A stretch of 64,000 nucleotides of DNA from an uncultured cyanobacterium (lineage in GTDB: Bacteria > Cyanobacteriota > Cyanobacteriia > Cyanobacteriales > CAWCAG01): contig CAWDOD010000009.1 of the NCBI GenBank assembly GCA_963803805.1, forward strand, positions 64,001 through 128,000, in the 5' to 3' direction. This document shows, one piece after another, positions 63,791 to 64,000 of the stretch (positions are counted from its first letter, which is position 1; the number at the start of each line of letters is the position of its first letter). The notes under the pieces were generated by a model that was not told the DNA's origin, ran no database searches, and saw only the letters and a list, made by a program, of their open reading frames with translations. Made by a program: the position numbers and the translations under genes.

Positions 63791-63952
63791 TTGCATTTAT
63801 AACCAATAAAGTCGTCTTTCTTTTACCCGGTTGTACTTTCCCTAATCCGGAGTTAGGTAAAGTTAGTATTAAGTTAATCCATATACTGCTGTGGGTGTCT
63901 CTACCCTTATTCTAAGTCACCATCTTTTCTGTAGTGAAGACACAACTAAAGT

Positions 63953-64000
63953 ATGACTACCCTGGCAGATTATCGAATTATCGCTCAAATTTACGAGAGC
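63953..64000 (+). CDS. Start of a probable Ser/Thr kinase or multi-sensor kinase (runs off the window)
   Basis: MTTLADYRIIAQIYES resembles the N-terminus of cyanobacterial STK-AAA proteins; only 16 codons visible. Confidence 0.55.
   Translation, partial: MTTLADYRIIAQIYES

Overview
Cyanobacterial chromosomal DNA (AT-rich, frequent HIP1 GCGATCGC sites, 7-mer STRR, ycf46, shc) with two parts. (1) 1377-36091 is a ~34.7 kb accessory block bracketed by two apparently identical 648-bp inverted copies of a chimeric element (ISKra4 left end plus deleted transposase, fused to an IS1 left end). Its leftward half is a sigma-like HTH / DUF1822 / filamentous-haemagglutinin / TPR-CHAT / CHAT-CHASE2 / DUF928 operon. 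Its divergent rightward half is a biosynthetic cluster: FAAL, ACP, CylC-type halogenase, PKS (KS-AT-KR-ACP-reductase), GT4 glycosyltransferase, methyltransferase, a CylK/BrtB-like beta-propeller protein with a PEP-CTERM tail, and an RTX Ca-binding protein. It is predicted to make a chlorinated alkyl-diol glycolipid that may be further alkylated or oligomerised at the cell surface. (2) 36092-64000 is mostly core genome: GNAT, frameshifted SNF2 helicase, shc, a PIN toxin with a long antitoxin-like partner, gyrB, miaA, folC, RNase III-like gene, rpmH-rnpA-PH-yidC-jag-yceD-ycf46, two hybrid histidine kinases, phasin-like, FKBP and cysteine desulfurase. All family calls are from motif recognition by eye; no searches were run.
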